In this document: positions 11,354-21,173 of the stretch, piece after piece
Layout: each line of letters begins with the position of its first letter
How positions within the stretch are numbered: position 1 is the stretch's first letter
From: a virus
Length of the DNA: 64,000 nt
Direction: 5' to 3' (one strand)
Virus record (IMG/VR): IMGVR_UViG_3300043420_000984
Location: 27,487-91,486 of that record
Notes under the pieces: generated by a model
Databases searched by the model: none
Told to the model about the DNA's origin: nothing
Seen by the model: the letters and a program-made list of their open reading frames with translations, nothing else
Translations under genes and position numbers: made by a program

Positions 11354-11382
11354 CTCTATACTGACACCTCTAAGCATCTGGA

Positions 11383-14349
11383 ATGGCGTATCAATATTCT
11401 ACAACACCGTTATATGTCAGAGAAGGTGATTTAATTCAATTTAGATACACCGCTCCTCCTTTTTGGGACTACACGGAAACTATTACAATCCAGATCGGTG
11501 AATTAATTCAATTTTGGTATATTACTACAATACCAGAAGACTTTCAACCAGATCCTTTTCCATTTCAAAAAGTTACTAATGCTGAACTAAGCACGATGTA
11601 CGTATATGGAGATGGTTCTAGGGCAGGAGAAGAAATCGTGACTGTTTCTGGACTAACTCCAACAACCCAGGCTGCAGTTAGCTTAGCATCAAATATTATT
11701 GGAGATGCAAGTGTTTATTCCTTAAGAATTGATTATGACGGTGATGGAACTTGGGATACCGCATGGTTTCAACCAGGAGAGTCTATAGTAGTTGAAAATG
11801 GAGCAAAAATACAGGTAAGATTAACTACTGGTCCAAATTCTAATCAAAATTCTAGATTAACTCTTGGTATTGGACTTGGTTATGAAACATGGAGAGTTCA
11901 AAATAAAGCAATCCCCCTCAATATACCAGAACCATTTCCAGAATTTACTGATTTGACGGGTCAACCAGTTGATACTCCAATTTATAGTAATGTAATCAGA
12001 ATACAAGGACTACTTGGCCCAGCATCGATTTCTGTTGATAATAGTGCAGAATATGCAATATCAAACTCTGATACTACATTTACAAATGATGATGGTTTTG
12101 ATGTATTGAGTGGAGTTACATTTACAAATACTGTTGGAACTATTGATAATGGACAATATTTACAGTTGAAATTGCAGAGTTCTGCAATTCAATTTACTAT
12201 AAATCAGACATCATTAAGTATTGGAGATCAAAGCGACGGATCTGTTTGGGAAGTTACGACTGGGGCAAATCCATCTACTACACCAATTACTTTCTCATTC
12301 CCAGATGTTCTTAGTGCAATCGAAGATTTTTTACAACCATCTCAGGCTAGACCTCTCGGTGGAATAACAGGTCTTGGTGATGGAATTTCTGTGCCAGTTA
12401 CTTTAGTTTCTACAACTGCTTCGGAAGTAAAAATTAAAATTAATAACCAATCGATTGGTGTATTTCCAGCATCTGTTCAAAATGGGGATACTATAACTCT
12501 GTATGCAAAGTCTTCTGCAACTTTTGGTGATCTTGTTGAAACTCAAATTCAAGTTGGAAATCTTGTTATTCCAACTTGGCAGGTTATCACAAATACTGGA
12601 CCAGATTATGATGCTGTATTTACTCCTCCAGCAGACAAGAGTAATGTTGTTCCAGAAAGCTTTGTATCTAGTAGTGTAGTAACAGTTACTGAGATTACTA
12701 GACCAATTACTATTACTGCGACAAACGGAGCTTTAATATCGATTGATTATGACACACCAGTAGAAGGACCAAGAGTATTTGATCCAACTGTAAATAGCAC
12801 TTTCTATCTTGTTTTGCAAGCAAATACGGGGTTGCTCACAGAAGTTGATACAACAGTTGTTGTTGGCACTGAAGCAGAAAATGTTGCTGCAGTGACATTT
12901 ACCTGGACAGTTACTACATATGCTGCTGTTCCACCAGCTGCTACAAATCTTGGTGTTTGGTATAGCAAAAAGACAGAAAAATTTGATGGATATCCTATTG
13001 GTACAGTAATACCTGTTTTAAAGCAAAATGTTATTGTTGGATATGGAGATGTTTCTGGAGATCTTGGTTCTAGATATGCTGGATTTGTTGAATGTGATGG
13101 ATCTTCTTATTCTGTAGATAGGTTCCCAGCACTTTGGGACGTTATTAAAAATACCTATGGTGGAAATGGATCTTATAACGAAGATACTGGAGAATATTCT
13201 GGCAGTTTTAATGTTCCTGATTATAGAAACAGAAGACTAACAGGAACTGGATTTGTTGATGGCACAAATCTTGGATCATCTTTCCTTCCAGTTACTACGG
13301 TAGGTAAAGGTATTTTTGATGTTGGTGCTGAAGGTGGGTATTGGTATTTCGACAAAGTGGATGTTGCTGGATCAGATCCATTGGAACAGGTTGAGGGAAC
13401 TGGAACATCTGGAACAGTTAGCAATTTCTTTACAATTGGAACAGTGAAGGTTTCTGGACTTGAAACTGTTACTGAAAATGTAACTTTTAATGTTAGTGGA
13501 ACTGTTACCGCTCAAGTCGGACCTATAGGAAATACATTAGTGTCTGTCCCACAGCATTCTCACCTTTTTGTTAGTGCTGTAATAGAACAGGATGGTGGAG
13601 ATCCATGTATTCCATGGAGAGCTAGAGCATTATTCTTTACTGGGGATACTGCTGGAAGAGATGATTATCGTGTAGATCCAAATCCAGGATATAGTTCTGA
13701 TAGAATTACCAAATTTAAGCAGTGGGTTAATAATAACCTAGGAGATTTCAATCAAGAAATTGCACTTTATAATCCAGCATATTCTGACCTAGATGTTTTT
13801 GCTTCTCAGATTAATTTTCCATCCCTTCCAGATGCACCTGGATCGGCACCTGAAGTAAATACTGATATTGAATGGATGGTTATCTGGACTAGTCCAGCAT
13901 CAAATTTGGATGGTCCAATCGCTGCGGGAAGATTTACGGATAATAATCTTGAGGTTCAAGGTGGCGCGAATATTGCAACGGGTGTTATTGACACAAACGC
14001 TACAACATTTAGAATTGATTCATATACGCCACCAACTGGATCTACAAATCCTCATAGTCACTATATTACAACAAGTCCAGTTGAAGATCCTAATACAGAT
14101 TATTCTGGTGGAAATACAGACGGTGCTGGCATAATTGGAGCTCCATTTGGTTCTGGTCTGGGTGGAGCGGCAACTAGCATTAATTTATCCTTTAATCAAT
14201 CTGAAGTTAATATAGAACTAACAGATGCTGTTTTTGAACTCAATACAAGTGTAAAGAAACCAGTTCCTGATGTTGCATTGTCGCCGCAAAGACAAGTTCC
14301 AATATTGAACCCATTTCACAAAACTAAATATCTCATTAAAGCATATTGA
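11383..14349 (+). CDS. Large tail fibre protein with C-terminal tail-collar domain
   Basis: PIGTVI...GFVECDGS...FPALWDVIKNTYGG...FNVPDYR collar motif; HSH motifs; C-terminal YLIKAY. Confidence 0.75.
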   Translation: MAYQYSTTPLYVREGDLIQFRYTAPPFWDYTETITIQIGELIQFWYITTIPEDFQPDPFPFQKVTNAELSTMYVYGDGSRAGEEIVTVSGLTPTTQAAVSLASNIIGDASVYSLRIDYDGDGTWDTAWFQPGESIVVENGAKIQVRLTTGPNSNQNSRLTLGIGLGYETWRVQNKAIPLNIPEPFPEFTDLTGQPVDTPIYSNVIRIQGLLGPASISVDNSAEYAISNSDTTFTNDDGFDVLSGVTFTNTVGTIDNGQYLQLKLQSSAIQFTINQTSLSIGDQSDGSVWEVTTGANPSTTPITFSFPDVLSAIEDFLQPSQARPLGGITGLGDGISVPVTLVSTTASEVKIKINNQSIGVFPASVQNGDTITLYAKSSATFGDLVETQIQVGNLVIPTWQVITNTGPDYDAVFTPPADKSNVVPESFVSSSVVTVTEITRPITITATNGALISIDYDTPVEGPRVFDPTVNSTFYLVLQANTGLLTEVDTTVVVGTEAENVAAVTFTWTVTTYAAVPPAATNLGVWYSKKTEKFDGYPIGTVIPVLKQNVIVGYGDVSGDLGSRYAGFVECDGSSYSVDRFPALWDVIKNTYGGNGSYNEDTGEYSGSFNVPDYRNRRLTGTGFVDGTNLGSSFLPVTTVGKGIFDVGAEGGYWYFDKVDVAGSDPLEQVEGTGTSGTVSNFFTIGTVKVSGLETVTENVTFNVSGTVTAQVGPIGNTLVSVPQHSHLFVSAVIEQDGGDPCIPWRARALFFTGDTAGRDDYRVDPNPGYSSDRITKFKQWVNNNLGDFNQEIALYNPAYSDLDVFASQINFPSLPDAPGSAPEVNTDIEWMVIWTSPASNLDGPIAAGRFTDNNLEVQGGANIATGVIDTNATTFRIDSYTPPTGSTNPHSHYITTSPVEDPNTDYSGGNTDGAGIIGAPFGSGLGGAATSINLSFNQSEVNIELTDAVFELNTSVKKPVPDVALSPQRQVPILNPFHKTKYLIKAY

Positions 14350-14354
14350 TTACT

Positions 14355-15020
14355 ATGACTGTTCAACCATTCAGACCAATTGAGTTGATGCAAGATGAAA
14401 GATTGACGAAATCTGATTTTACTGATTTTATTGGTGTTTGGGAAAATTTTATTCCGAGAAATTTTTGTGATAATGTTATTAAATATTTCGAGGACATTTA
14501 TTCTCAGAGGGGATGTTACATTCCCTCGGAAGAAGCACAAGATTTTGGTACATGTGAAGACATTACGAGATCTGAAGATGTTTATGGTGGGGCATTAAAC
14601 AGAAAAGATTATGCTCTTCTGCTTAACTACACAAATCCAGAACTTACATATCAAACAAATCAATTTCTAAAATCCTGCGTTCTCCATTACAGAGAAGTTT
14701 TTCCTCAGTTAAAACAAGCAGCACTTGTTTCTACAGATGTGAAAATTCAGAAAACTCCTCCTGGTGGTGGATATCATTTGTGGCACTATGAAAATAGTAC
14801 TATGAGCCATGCTATGAGGGAATTGACGTGGATGATTTATTTGAATGATATGCCAGAAGGTGATGGTGAAACTGAGTTTTTATATCAGAGAAGAAGAATT
14901 CGTCCCACTGCTGGAACAGTTGTTGTTTGGCCTGCAGGATATACTCACGTTCATAAAGGAAACACTGTATTCGCTCAAGATAAATACATATTGACTGGAT
15001 GGTATATCAAGAATAAGTAA
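14355..15020 (+). CDS. 2OG-Fe(II) oxygenase
   Basis: YHLWHYE, WMIYLND, GETEF, THVHKGN...KYILTGW. ATG at 14355 preferred over the TTG start. Confidence 0.85.
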   Translation: MTVQPFRPIELMQDERLTKSDFTDFIGVWENFIPRNFCDNVIKYFEDIYSQRGCYIPSEEAQDFGTCEDITRSEDVYGGALNRKDYALLLNYTNPELTYQTNQFLKSCVLHYREVFPQLKQAALVSTDVKIQKTPPGGGYHLWHYENSTMSHAMRELTWMIYLNDMPEGDGETEFLYQRRRIRPTAGTVVVWPAGYTHVHKGNTVFAQDKYILTGWYIKNK

Positions 15021-15029
15021 GGTATCACA

Positions 15030-15929
15030 ATGACTATAATTAAAACATCTGTAATGGAAGTTGATTTTTTAAACGACTTTATTGTAATACTTCCTCATGA
15101 TAAAACCACTATTACTCTAGAGTTGAAAGAGAGATTTCTTTCTTCTCTCGATCCTTTCTGGCATAGCGATAAAGATCAACTTGATTTTTTCCAGGTTTTT
15201 AATACTGGTGAATATTTTTGTCAAAGAAAAAAGCTAAAATATGATTTTGCAGAAAATGTAAGTTATTGGTCTACTTATTCTTTTACTGGTGCAACAAAAG
15301 AACAAGCAGAGGAATTCAAAAATCTATTACAAGATTTCTTTGTTGTTTCGCGTGAAGTAAAATTATCGCAAATTAATCAAGCAATTGAAAAAATCGATAA
15401 AGAATTAATCTTTTTCGAGCAAAGATACGAGAAAAAAATCGCAGAAAAAAATGCAATGCTATCGGCATCTGATTGGAGAGTTCTTCCAGATGTAGAAGAT
15501 TCATATCCTGGCGAAAAAGATATGTGGATTGCTTGGAGAAATGCTTTGAGAAATCAAGTTATTAAGATGCCAAGTGATTTCGAAACTAACTTGGAATTCT
15601 TTAAATACAGCTTCAACATAAAGTATCCAATTGACCCAAAAAATTATTTCAAGAAATACCCAGACGGCAAACTAGAAGATGGATCTCCAGCACCCGCGTT
15701 CTTAGATCAAAACGATCCCAATCAGTGGGTTGGATATGATACGGAAGCTTCTGTTGACTTTGTTAATAAAAGGTTGCTTAATATTATTAGATATGCTGGT
15801 AACTACAAGCCGTCTTATATTAAGATAAAATCATCGATTTTGGAGTTGATGAAAAAACTGCAAGTTGATCAAATTTCTGAAATCGACTGGGATAATTATT
15901 ATGTAGATGAAACTGAAATTGTCCCATGA
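15030..15929 (+). CDS. Putative tail-fibre assembly chaperone domain protein
   Basis: 'LSASDWRVLPD...WIAWRNALR...P' resembles the phage tail assembly chaperone motif; lies after the fibre genes. Confidence 0.55.
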   Translation: MTIIKTSVMEVDFLNDFIVILPHDKTTITLELKERFLSSLDPFWHSDKDQLDFFQVFNTGEYFCQRKKLKYDFAENVSYWSTYSFTGATKEQAEEFKNLLQDFFVVSREVKLSQINQAIEKIDKELIFFEQRYEKKIAEKNAMLSASDWRVLPDVEDSYPGEKDMWIAWRNALRNQVIKMPSDFETNLEFFKYSFNIKYPIDPKNYFKKYPDGKLEDGSPAPAFLDQNDPNQWVGYDTEASVDFVNKRLLNIIRYAGNYKPSYIKIKSSILELMKKLQVDQISEIDWDNYYVDETEIVP

Positions 15930-16585
15930 TATATGAAATTGATTTATTTGATGATGATAATTTGAAATATATTATCTCTCATTACACTAAAAATAATTTT
16001 ATTGATGGATCAATAAGTAATTCTTCCCCATCAAAGAAAAATATGATGATGCGAGATTGTTATGAATACAGATTGATAAACAAATATTGCAACGAAATAC
16101 TTTTATCTAATTCTCGTTTTAGATCAGTTTTTATTCCAAAGCAAATATCGCAAATGTATTATCTTTGGTATGAAACTGGAATGAAATATGGATATCATAT
16201 TGACAATCATCCTATTGGTGGAGTTAATGCACATTATAGCATGACGTGCTTCTTATCCGACCCAGAAGATTATTCTGGTGGTGAACTAGTTTTAAAGATT
16301 GGATCCAAAGAATTGGAATATAAATTGAAACCTGGGAAAGCAGTTATATATTCAACTGGAATAAAGCATAAGGTGAATGAAGTAACAAGTGGTGACAGAA
16401 AAGTATTTGTATGTTGGATAGAATCTTGTGTGCAAAATAGTTTTATCCGCCAATATCTTATTGACTATGGAAATACAGTATTTGATATGAAAGTGGTTGA
16501 TGATAAAATTGAATGCGCTTCTGAAGTATTGGAAAATTTGGAGCAACTTAGAGTTAATTTAATTAGAGAATATGGATCGTTCTGA
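15926..16585 (+). CDS. PKHD-type 2OG-Fe(II) hydroxylase
   Basis: YGYHID, SMTCFLSDPEDYSGGEL, HKVNEVTSGDR...WIES. Confidence 0.85.
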   Translation: MIYEIDLFDDDNLKYIISHYTKNNFIDGSISNSSPSKKNMMMRDCYEYRLINKYCNEILLSNSRFRSVFIPKQISQMYYLWYETGMKYGYHIDNHPIGGVNAHYSMTCFLSDPEDYSGGELVLKIGSKELEYKLKPGKAVIYSTGIKHKVNEVTSGDRKVFVCWIESCVQNSFIRQYLIDYGNTVFDMKVVDDKIECASEVLENLEQLRVNLIREYGSF

Positions 16586-17096
16586 TATTATTGAATATGA
16601 TAACTTTTTTTCTAAAGAAGATTATTCCAAAATACTTGATTGTGTCTACGATGCAAAGTGGAAGTTTGGGCATGGAACATATCCACAATCGGATCCCAGA
16701 TATAAGACAGCATTTCCGTTTTGGGCTATGGGATTTGAAAATAATCCTTTCTTCACGGAATATCTTCTAAATATTATTGAAGAAAAAACAAATCAAAAAT
16801 ATGATTTGTTTGATGTTTATGCCAACGGGCATACCTTTGGGACCAAAGGATCTCTTCACCAAGATTGGTATGATGAACGTGGAAAAACATTTTTATATTA
16901 TGCAAACGAGATGTGGCATGTAGATTGGGGTGGTAAAACTATTTTTGATTTTGGGAATGGGGAATACTATTTCCATATGCCAAAACCAAATTCTGCTATA
17001 TTATTTCCTGGTGTTATCAATCATTCTGCAGAGGGTCCTTCTAGGAGTTTTCCTGGACTTCGTATAACAATTGCTTGGAAGTTGCTAGTAAAATGA
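16572..17096 (+). CDS. 2OG-Fe(II) oxygenase
   Basis: HQD, WGGKTIF, FPG..NH, RITIAWK. Confidence 0.8.
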   Translation: MDRSDIIEYDNFFSKEDYSKILDCVYDAKWKFGHGTYPQSDPRYKTAFPFWAMGFENNPFFTEYLLNIIEEKTNQKYDLFDVYANGHTFGTKGSLHQDWYDERGKTFLYYANEMWHVDWGGKTIFDFGNGEYYFHMPKPNSAILFPGVINHSAEGPSRSFPGLRITIAWKLLVK

Positions 17097-17434
17097 ATAC
17101 CGAATATCAAGTCTATTTTTTTGAAAACTTTATCGAGAAGTATGCACAAGCTACTGGTAAATGTGTTGCGTACATTAGAACATATGGATGGAACAATACA
17201 TCTGATGTTGACAAGATAAACGAATCAATTTCTTTATATGAAAATCTTCTTCCATTGGATTTCATTACAGTAATGAAAAATAGTGAGTTTATATTTGTAG
17301 AAATTGATGATATTGCCGAAGCGGTAGATTTCTTTGAGAGCTATTTCCCAGTGGATCAAGAAAATTGTGAACCAGCGAACTACGTTCACTTTACTTTGTA
17401 TAACAATCTAGGTCAAATAGTACTCTCTAACTAA
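17093..17434 (+). CDS. Hypothetical protein
   Basis: ATGA-coupled to the upstream gene. Confidence 0.7.
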   Translation: MNTEYQVYFFENFIEKYAQATGKCVAYIRTYGWNNTSDVDKINESISLYENLLPLDFITVMKNSEFIFVEIDDIAEAVDFFESYFPVDQENCEPANYVHFTLYNNLGQIVLSN

Positions 17435-17435
17435 A

Positions 17436-18317
17436 ATGTTTTCAGACAACTATATTGTATACGATAAATTTAGTCTTTTTGACAAGAAGTATATTTCTAC
17501 TGGAGAAGTGATGCCATGGAGATTTACTTCTTTGTATGATAATTCATACCTACCAGATATTAATGCAGACGTAGCGGATAAATTAAATTTATTTTTTAGA
17601 TATAAGTACATTCATTCAATTGAAAATTTATATGATGAATTTAAGAACTTAATCATAGAACATGATGGTGAAAATATTTTGGAATACAAAATATACAACA
17701 CCATGAAATATGCTACGGTAAATGGACATCGTTCCTTCTGGAACCATTTTACGAGTTCAATCGATTGTCCAGAACTAGATTTATGTCAGGAAAAGATTGA
17801 CCTGATGACAGATGAAACCGATGAATTGTCTACAAATATCGTTCAAATTAACTACACGACTGAAGGAGAATTTAAATCAGTAGTTATTCATGATTTGAAA
17901 TACGATCTCAACAACTATGAAAATAACACTGGTTTGCATTTAGTTAATGAATTATGCAAAAATAATCCTGGGACGTTTAAGGGACTAATCACCCTTTATC
18001 CAAACTCAGATAACATCACTTTTGATTTGATGGGAAATTATGCTCCTTATAGTATAGTTCCTTTCCGTGCTATCGATAAGAAGAGGCATGAAGTATTAGT
18101 GGTTCCTCATTCGAATAATTTTCACAATATCAACTTTAAAAAGATTTTATTTGATAAAGAAATTCTTACACAAGAGCAAGTTGATTACATCGATACGATA
18201 ATTACTGATAATTCTAGATTTGATCTTAGATTTGAAATAGATCAAAATGGAACATTTAACGACATTCGACTAATACATTACCGAGTTTACGAATTCGAGG
18301 ACTTGACAGAGGGTTGA
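17436..18317 (+). CDS. Hypothetical protein
   Basis: 293-aa ORF tightly packed in the operon. Confidence 0.7.
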   Translation: MFSDNYIVYDKFSLFDKKYISTGEVMPWRFTSLYDNSYLPDINADVADKLNLFFRYKYIHSIENLYDEFKNLIIEHDGENILEYKIYNTMKYATVNGHRSFWNHFTSSIDCPELDLCQEKIDLMTDETDELSTNIVQINYTTEGEFKSVVIHDLKYDLNNYENNTGLHLVNELCKNNPGTFKGLITLYPNSDNITFDLMGNYAPYSIVPFRAIDKKRHEVLVVPHSNNFHNINFKKILFDKEILTQEQVDYIDTIITDNSRFDLRFEIDQNGTFNDIRLIHYRVYEFEDLTEG

Positions 18318-18354
18318 CACCTGTGCTACTCTAGCAAAGCACAATTGAAACCAC

Positions 18355-18582
18355 ATGAAAGTTCCCACACAACCTGAGCTGATCCATCTTCAACTTCAAG
18401 CTATGTTGCGAGATCACAACATCCCAGAGACTGAGGTGAAGTATCTGGGTGATCGTGAATATACTATTGAGTATCAAGCACATCCTGAATATCATGGTCA
18501 AATCATGCCGTGGTATTTGATTGCAAACGAGCATGAGGTGCCTGTCTGTGATATAGCATCAGTTGATCGCGCGGACGATTGA
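18355..18582 (+). CDS. Hypothetical protein
   Basis: Preceded by TTGACA (18303)-N18-TACTCT. Confidence 0.65.
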   Translation: MKVPTQPELIHLQLQAMLRDHNIPETEVKYLGDREYTIEYQAHPEYHGQIMPWYLIANEHEVPVCDIASVDRADD

Positions 18583-18651
18583 ACAACTGTCACAGGGGGT
18601 CCAGCACCCCCTTTTTCGTGCCCTATACTATTCTCATCAACAGCGCACCAG

Positions 18652-19896
18652 ATGACCCTCACTCTTCGCCCCCATCAGCAGCGTATGCTCGATGCTCTGC
18701 TGACTGCCTCTAAAGGTCGCGTGACCTGCCCTACGGGCGGCGGCAAGACCCTTGTGATGATCCTTGACTGTCTGCGTCGCCTGCAGCAGGCAGACCGCCC
18801 TCAGACGATCGTGGTGGTCTCTCCTCGCATCCTGCTGTCGGTCCAACTCTATGAAGAGTTCTTTGCTGAACTGAATGGCAAGGTGAATGTGGAAGTTCTC
18901 CATGTTCATAGCGGTGAGGTTGATGGCATGAGCACCACCAAGATCGATATGATCCAGTGCCATGATGTTGTGTGTGAGACTGCTGGTGTTCATCAACTGA
19001 TCTTCACCACCTACAACTCTCTTCGCCGTGTGAATGAGGCAGGCATCGATGTAGATACTATCTACTATGATGAGGCGCACAACTCTGTTCGCCGTGACTT
19101 CTTCAAAGAAGTTGCTGCTGCTACTCTGACTGCCAAGAATGCTTACTATCTGACTGCCACCCCTAAGTTTCGTGGCGGTGTGATCAGCATGAACAACACT
19201 GATGTGTATGGTTCCGAGTTGATCTCTGTTCCTGCTCCTGAGTTGATCAACAACGGTAGCATCATTCCTCCTACTGTGCAAGCTCACGTTGTAGATTTCG
19301 AGCGTAACAAGTCTCTGCTCGCTGCAGAGAATGACCGTGAAGTGCTGATGGATATTGTCAGCAAACTCGATGGTGATAGTGCCCAGAAGATCCTGGTTGC
19401 TGCTCCCAACACTCGTGTGCTGTGGGCGCTGCTGTCGCAAACTAACGTGATGGCAGAGTTTGCTGCTCGTGGTTATGATGTGCTTCACATCACCAGCAAG
19501 CATGGTGCTTACATCAACAAAAAGAAAGTAGGTCGTCAAGAGTTCTTCGATACTCTTGATGCCTGGGGTAAAGATCCCAACCGTAAGTTCATCATGTTCC
19601 ACTACAGCATCCTGTCTGAAGGTATCAACGTCCCTGGTCTCACCCATACTATTCTCCTTCGCAATCTGCCCGTGATTGAGATGGCGCAAACCATCGGTCG
19701 TGTGATCCGTCTTGACCGTCAGGATGCTGCTGACATCGCTGCTGGTAAGATCACTCCTGGCAAACTGGAGATGTATCGCAAGCGTACTGGTTTCGTGACT
19801 GTGCCTGTCTTCACCAACTATGGTAAGCAGACTGAGAAGCGCCTGCAAGCGGTTGTGGATACCATCTTTGTCAAGGGTCAATCCCTTATCGGTTGA
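18652..19896 (+). CDS. SF2 DEAH helicase (type III restriction Res-subunit-like)
   Basis: PTGGGKT, YYDEAH, LTATP, ILSEGINVP, QTIGRVIR. Confidence 0.9.
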   Translation: MTLTLRPHQQRMLDALLTASKGRVTCPTGGGKTLVMILDCLRRLQQADRPQTIVVVSPRILLSVQLYEEFFAELNGKVNVEVLHVHSGEVDGMSTTKIDMIQCHDVVCETAGVHQLIFTTYNSLRRVNEAGIDVDTIYYDEAHNSVRRDFFKEVAAATLTAKNAYYLTATPKFRGGVISMNNTDVYGSELISVPAPELINNGSIIPPTVQAHVVDFERNKSLLAAENDREVLMDIVSKLDGDSAQKILVAAPNTRVLWALLSQTNVMAEFAARGYDVLHITSKHGAYINKKKVGRQEFFDTLDAWGKDPNRKFIMFHYSILSEGINVPGLTHTILLRNLPVIEMAQTIGRVIRLDRQDAADIAAGKITPGKLEMYRKRTGFVTVPVFTNYGKQTEKRLQAVVDTIFVKGQSLIG

Positions 19897-19913
19897 GTAA
19901 ATAGTAATCAATC

Positions 19914-20102
19914 ATGGAGATTAGCATGGACGACAAGCAACGTAAGCAGAAAGATGCTCTCGGTCTATTCATTGAGAGTGTCTTGAAACCAGACCATGAG
20001 CTACGCCAGTGTGCCCATAACCAGAAATGTTACAATGAACTGCTGGAATGGCGCGAAAGTGTGCTAGAATATCTCTACGCGAAGAGAAAAGACTTCGAAT
20101 GA
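19914..20102 (+). CDS. Hypothetical protein
   Basis: Small ORF in a coupled run. Confidence 0.65.
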   Translation: MEISMDDKQRKQKDALGLFIESVLKPDHELRQCAHNQKCYNELLEWRESVLEYLYAKRKDFE

Positions 20103-20428
20103 AACTAAATCCCACTAACCCCTACGTTTTTACTATGACAGGACATGAGTACGTGACTGAAGGACGCCCTAATGTGAGTGTAGATTGGAAAGCGGAGTAT
20201 GCTAAGCAACGCAAAGATCGTTTGGCAGACAGTATCCACGAGTATCTTGAGGATAGTGACGTGAGTATCCTAGAATTCTATAACGATCTGCGCGATATTA
20301 TTGTGGAGATCAATACTTACCACAAAACCTTCGCTGAAAAGGCTGAGGGCGCCCTGCTGCTGGTCCATGGCAAACCCAAGACCGAAAATGGTGATGTTGA
20401 ACCTCCTGCGGAAGCCTGGAATGGATGA
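20099..20428 (+). CDS. Hypothetical protein
   Basis: ATGA overlap with the upstream ORF. Confidence 0.6.
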   Translation: MKLNPTNPYVFTMTGHEYVTEGRPNVSVDWKAEYAKQRKDRLADSIHEYLEDSDVSILEFYNDLRDIIVEINTYHKTFAEKAEGALLLVHGKPKTENGDVEPPAEAWNG

Positions 20429-20570
20429 GAAAACCAAACTGATCCTTGCACAGATGCAAATAAATAACCTCGTCGAACTGCTGAAAGGCAACGAATACGA
20501 GCAGTATTTGTATCACAAACTTATCACTGTCGATGTAGAACTGAAGCGCCAACTATCTCACCATGACTGA
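20421..20570 (+). CDS. Hypothetical protein
   Basis: MDEKTKL..., coupled ORF. Confidence 0.6.
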   Translation: MDEKTKLILAQMQINNLVELLKGNEYEQYLYHKLITVDVELKRQLSHHD

Positions 20571-20784
20571 AGACGATTTTAAGAAAGCAATCGAAAATGT
20601 TCTGATGATGCAGAATAATAACGATGCAAACTTCCAAATTTTACAAGCACAAAATGATAGATTGCAGTCTCAAATTGATGGACTGAAACAACAACTATCC
20701 GAATTGAATGATCTCAAGGAGATGTTCCGTCTTCCTAAACCAGAGAACAAAGATCGTCAATTGTTTGAAGTAATTGACGAATGA
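20563..20784 (+). CDS. Coiled-coil hypothetical protein
   Basis: Heptad-like LQAQNDRLQSQIDGLKQQL. Confidence 0.65.
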   Translation: MTEDDFKKAIENVLMMQNNNDANFQILQAQNDRLQSQIDGLKQQLSELNDLKEMFRLPKPENKDRQLFEVIDE

Positions 20785-21050
20785 CTTTCAAATATGGTAC
20801 GATGGTAGAATACCGCAACGTTCGCGGTTGGGTCAATTTCATTGACGATCAGTACATTACTATCTGTTATATTGACAGACCAGATAGATCATCTCATACT
20901 GGTCGTTACCAAGCAAACCTTGTAGTTTTTCGTGAGTATTGGAATGAAGTACGCAGTTGTGTGGATGAAACAAAAAAAGAACAAGCAGACGAAACAACAA
21001 GCTATTTTCTACAATCTAGAGGATGCGATTATGTGGGAGCAGCATGTTAA
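20781..21050 (+). CDS. Hypothetical protein
   Basis: ATGA overlap with the upstream ORF. Confidence 0.6.
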   Translation: MTFKYGTMVEYRNVRGWVNFIDDQYITICYIDRPDRSSHTGRYQANLVVFREYWNEVRSCVDETKKEQADETTSYFLQSRGCDYVGAAC

Positions 21051-21102
21051 TATGACAGAACATGCTAAAACAGAAATCCACCCCGTCTTCGGGGACAGTT
21101 GA
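20944..21102 (+). CDS. Small hypothetical protein (MKYAVVW...)
   Basis: 52-aa ORF not in the track; its stop lies inside the promoter module. Confidence 0.55.
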   Translation: MKYAVVWMKQKKNKQTKQQAIFYNLEDAIMWEQHVNMTEHAKTEIHPVFGDS

Positions 21103-21173
21103 AAAAGTGGTACGGGGGGCGATTGACACCGCCCCTTTTTCATGCCATAATACCAGTATCAACATAATCTATC

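Noticed and set aside
18637-19911. 424-aa minus-strand ORF, and similar shadows at 31318-32379, 45580-46014 and 47509-47982
   Set aside because: These are antisense mirrors of well-supported + strand genes with biased codon usage and show no motifs.
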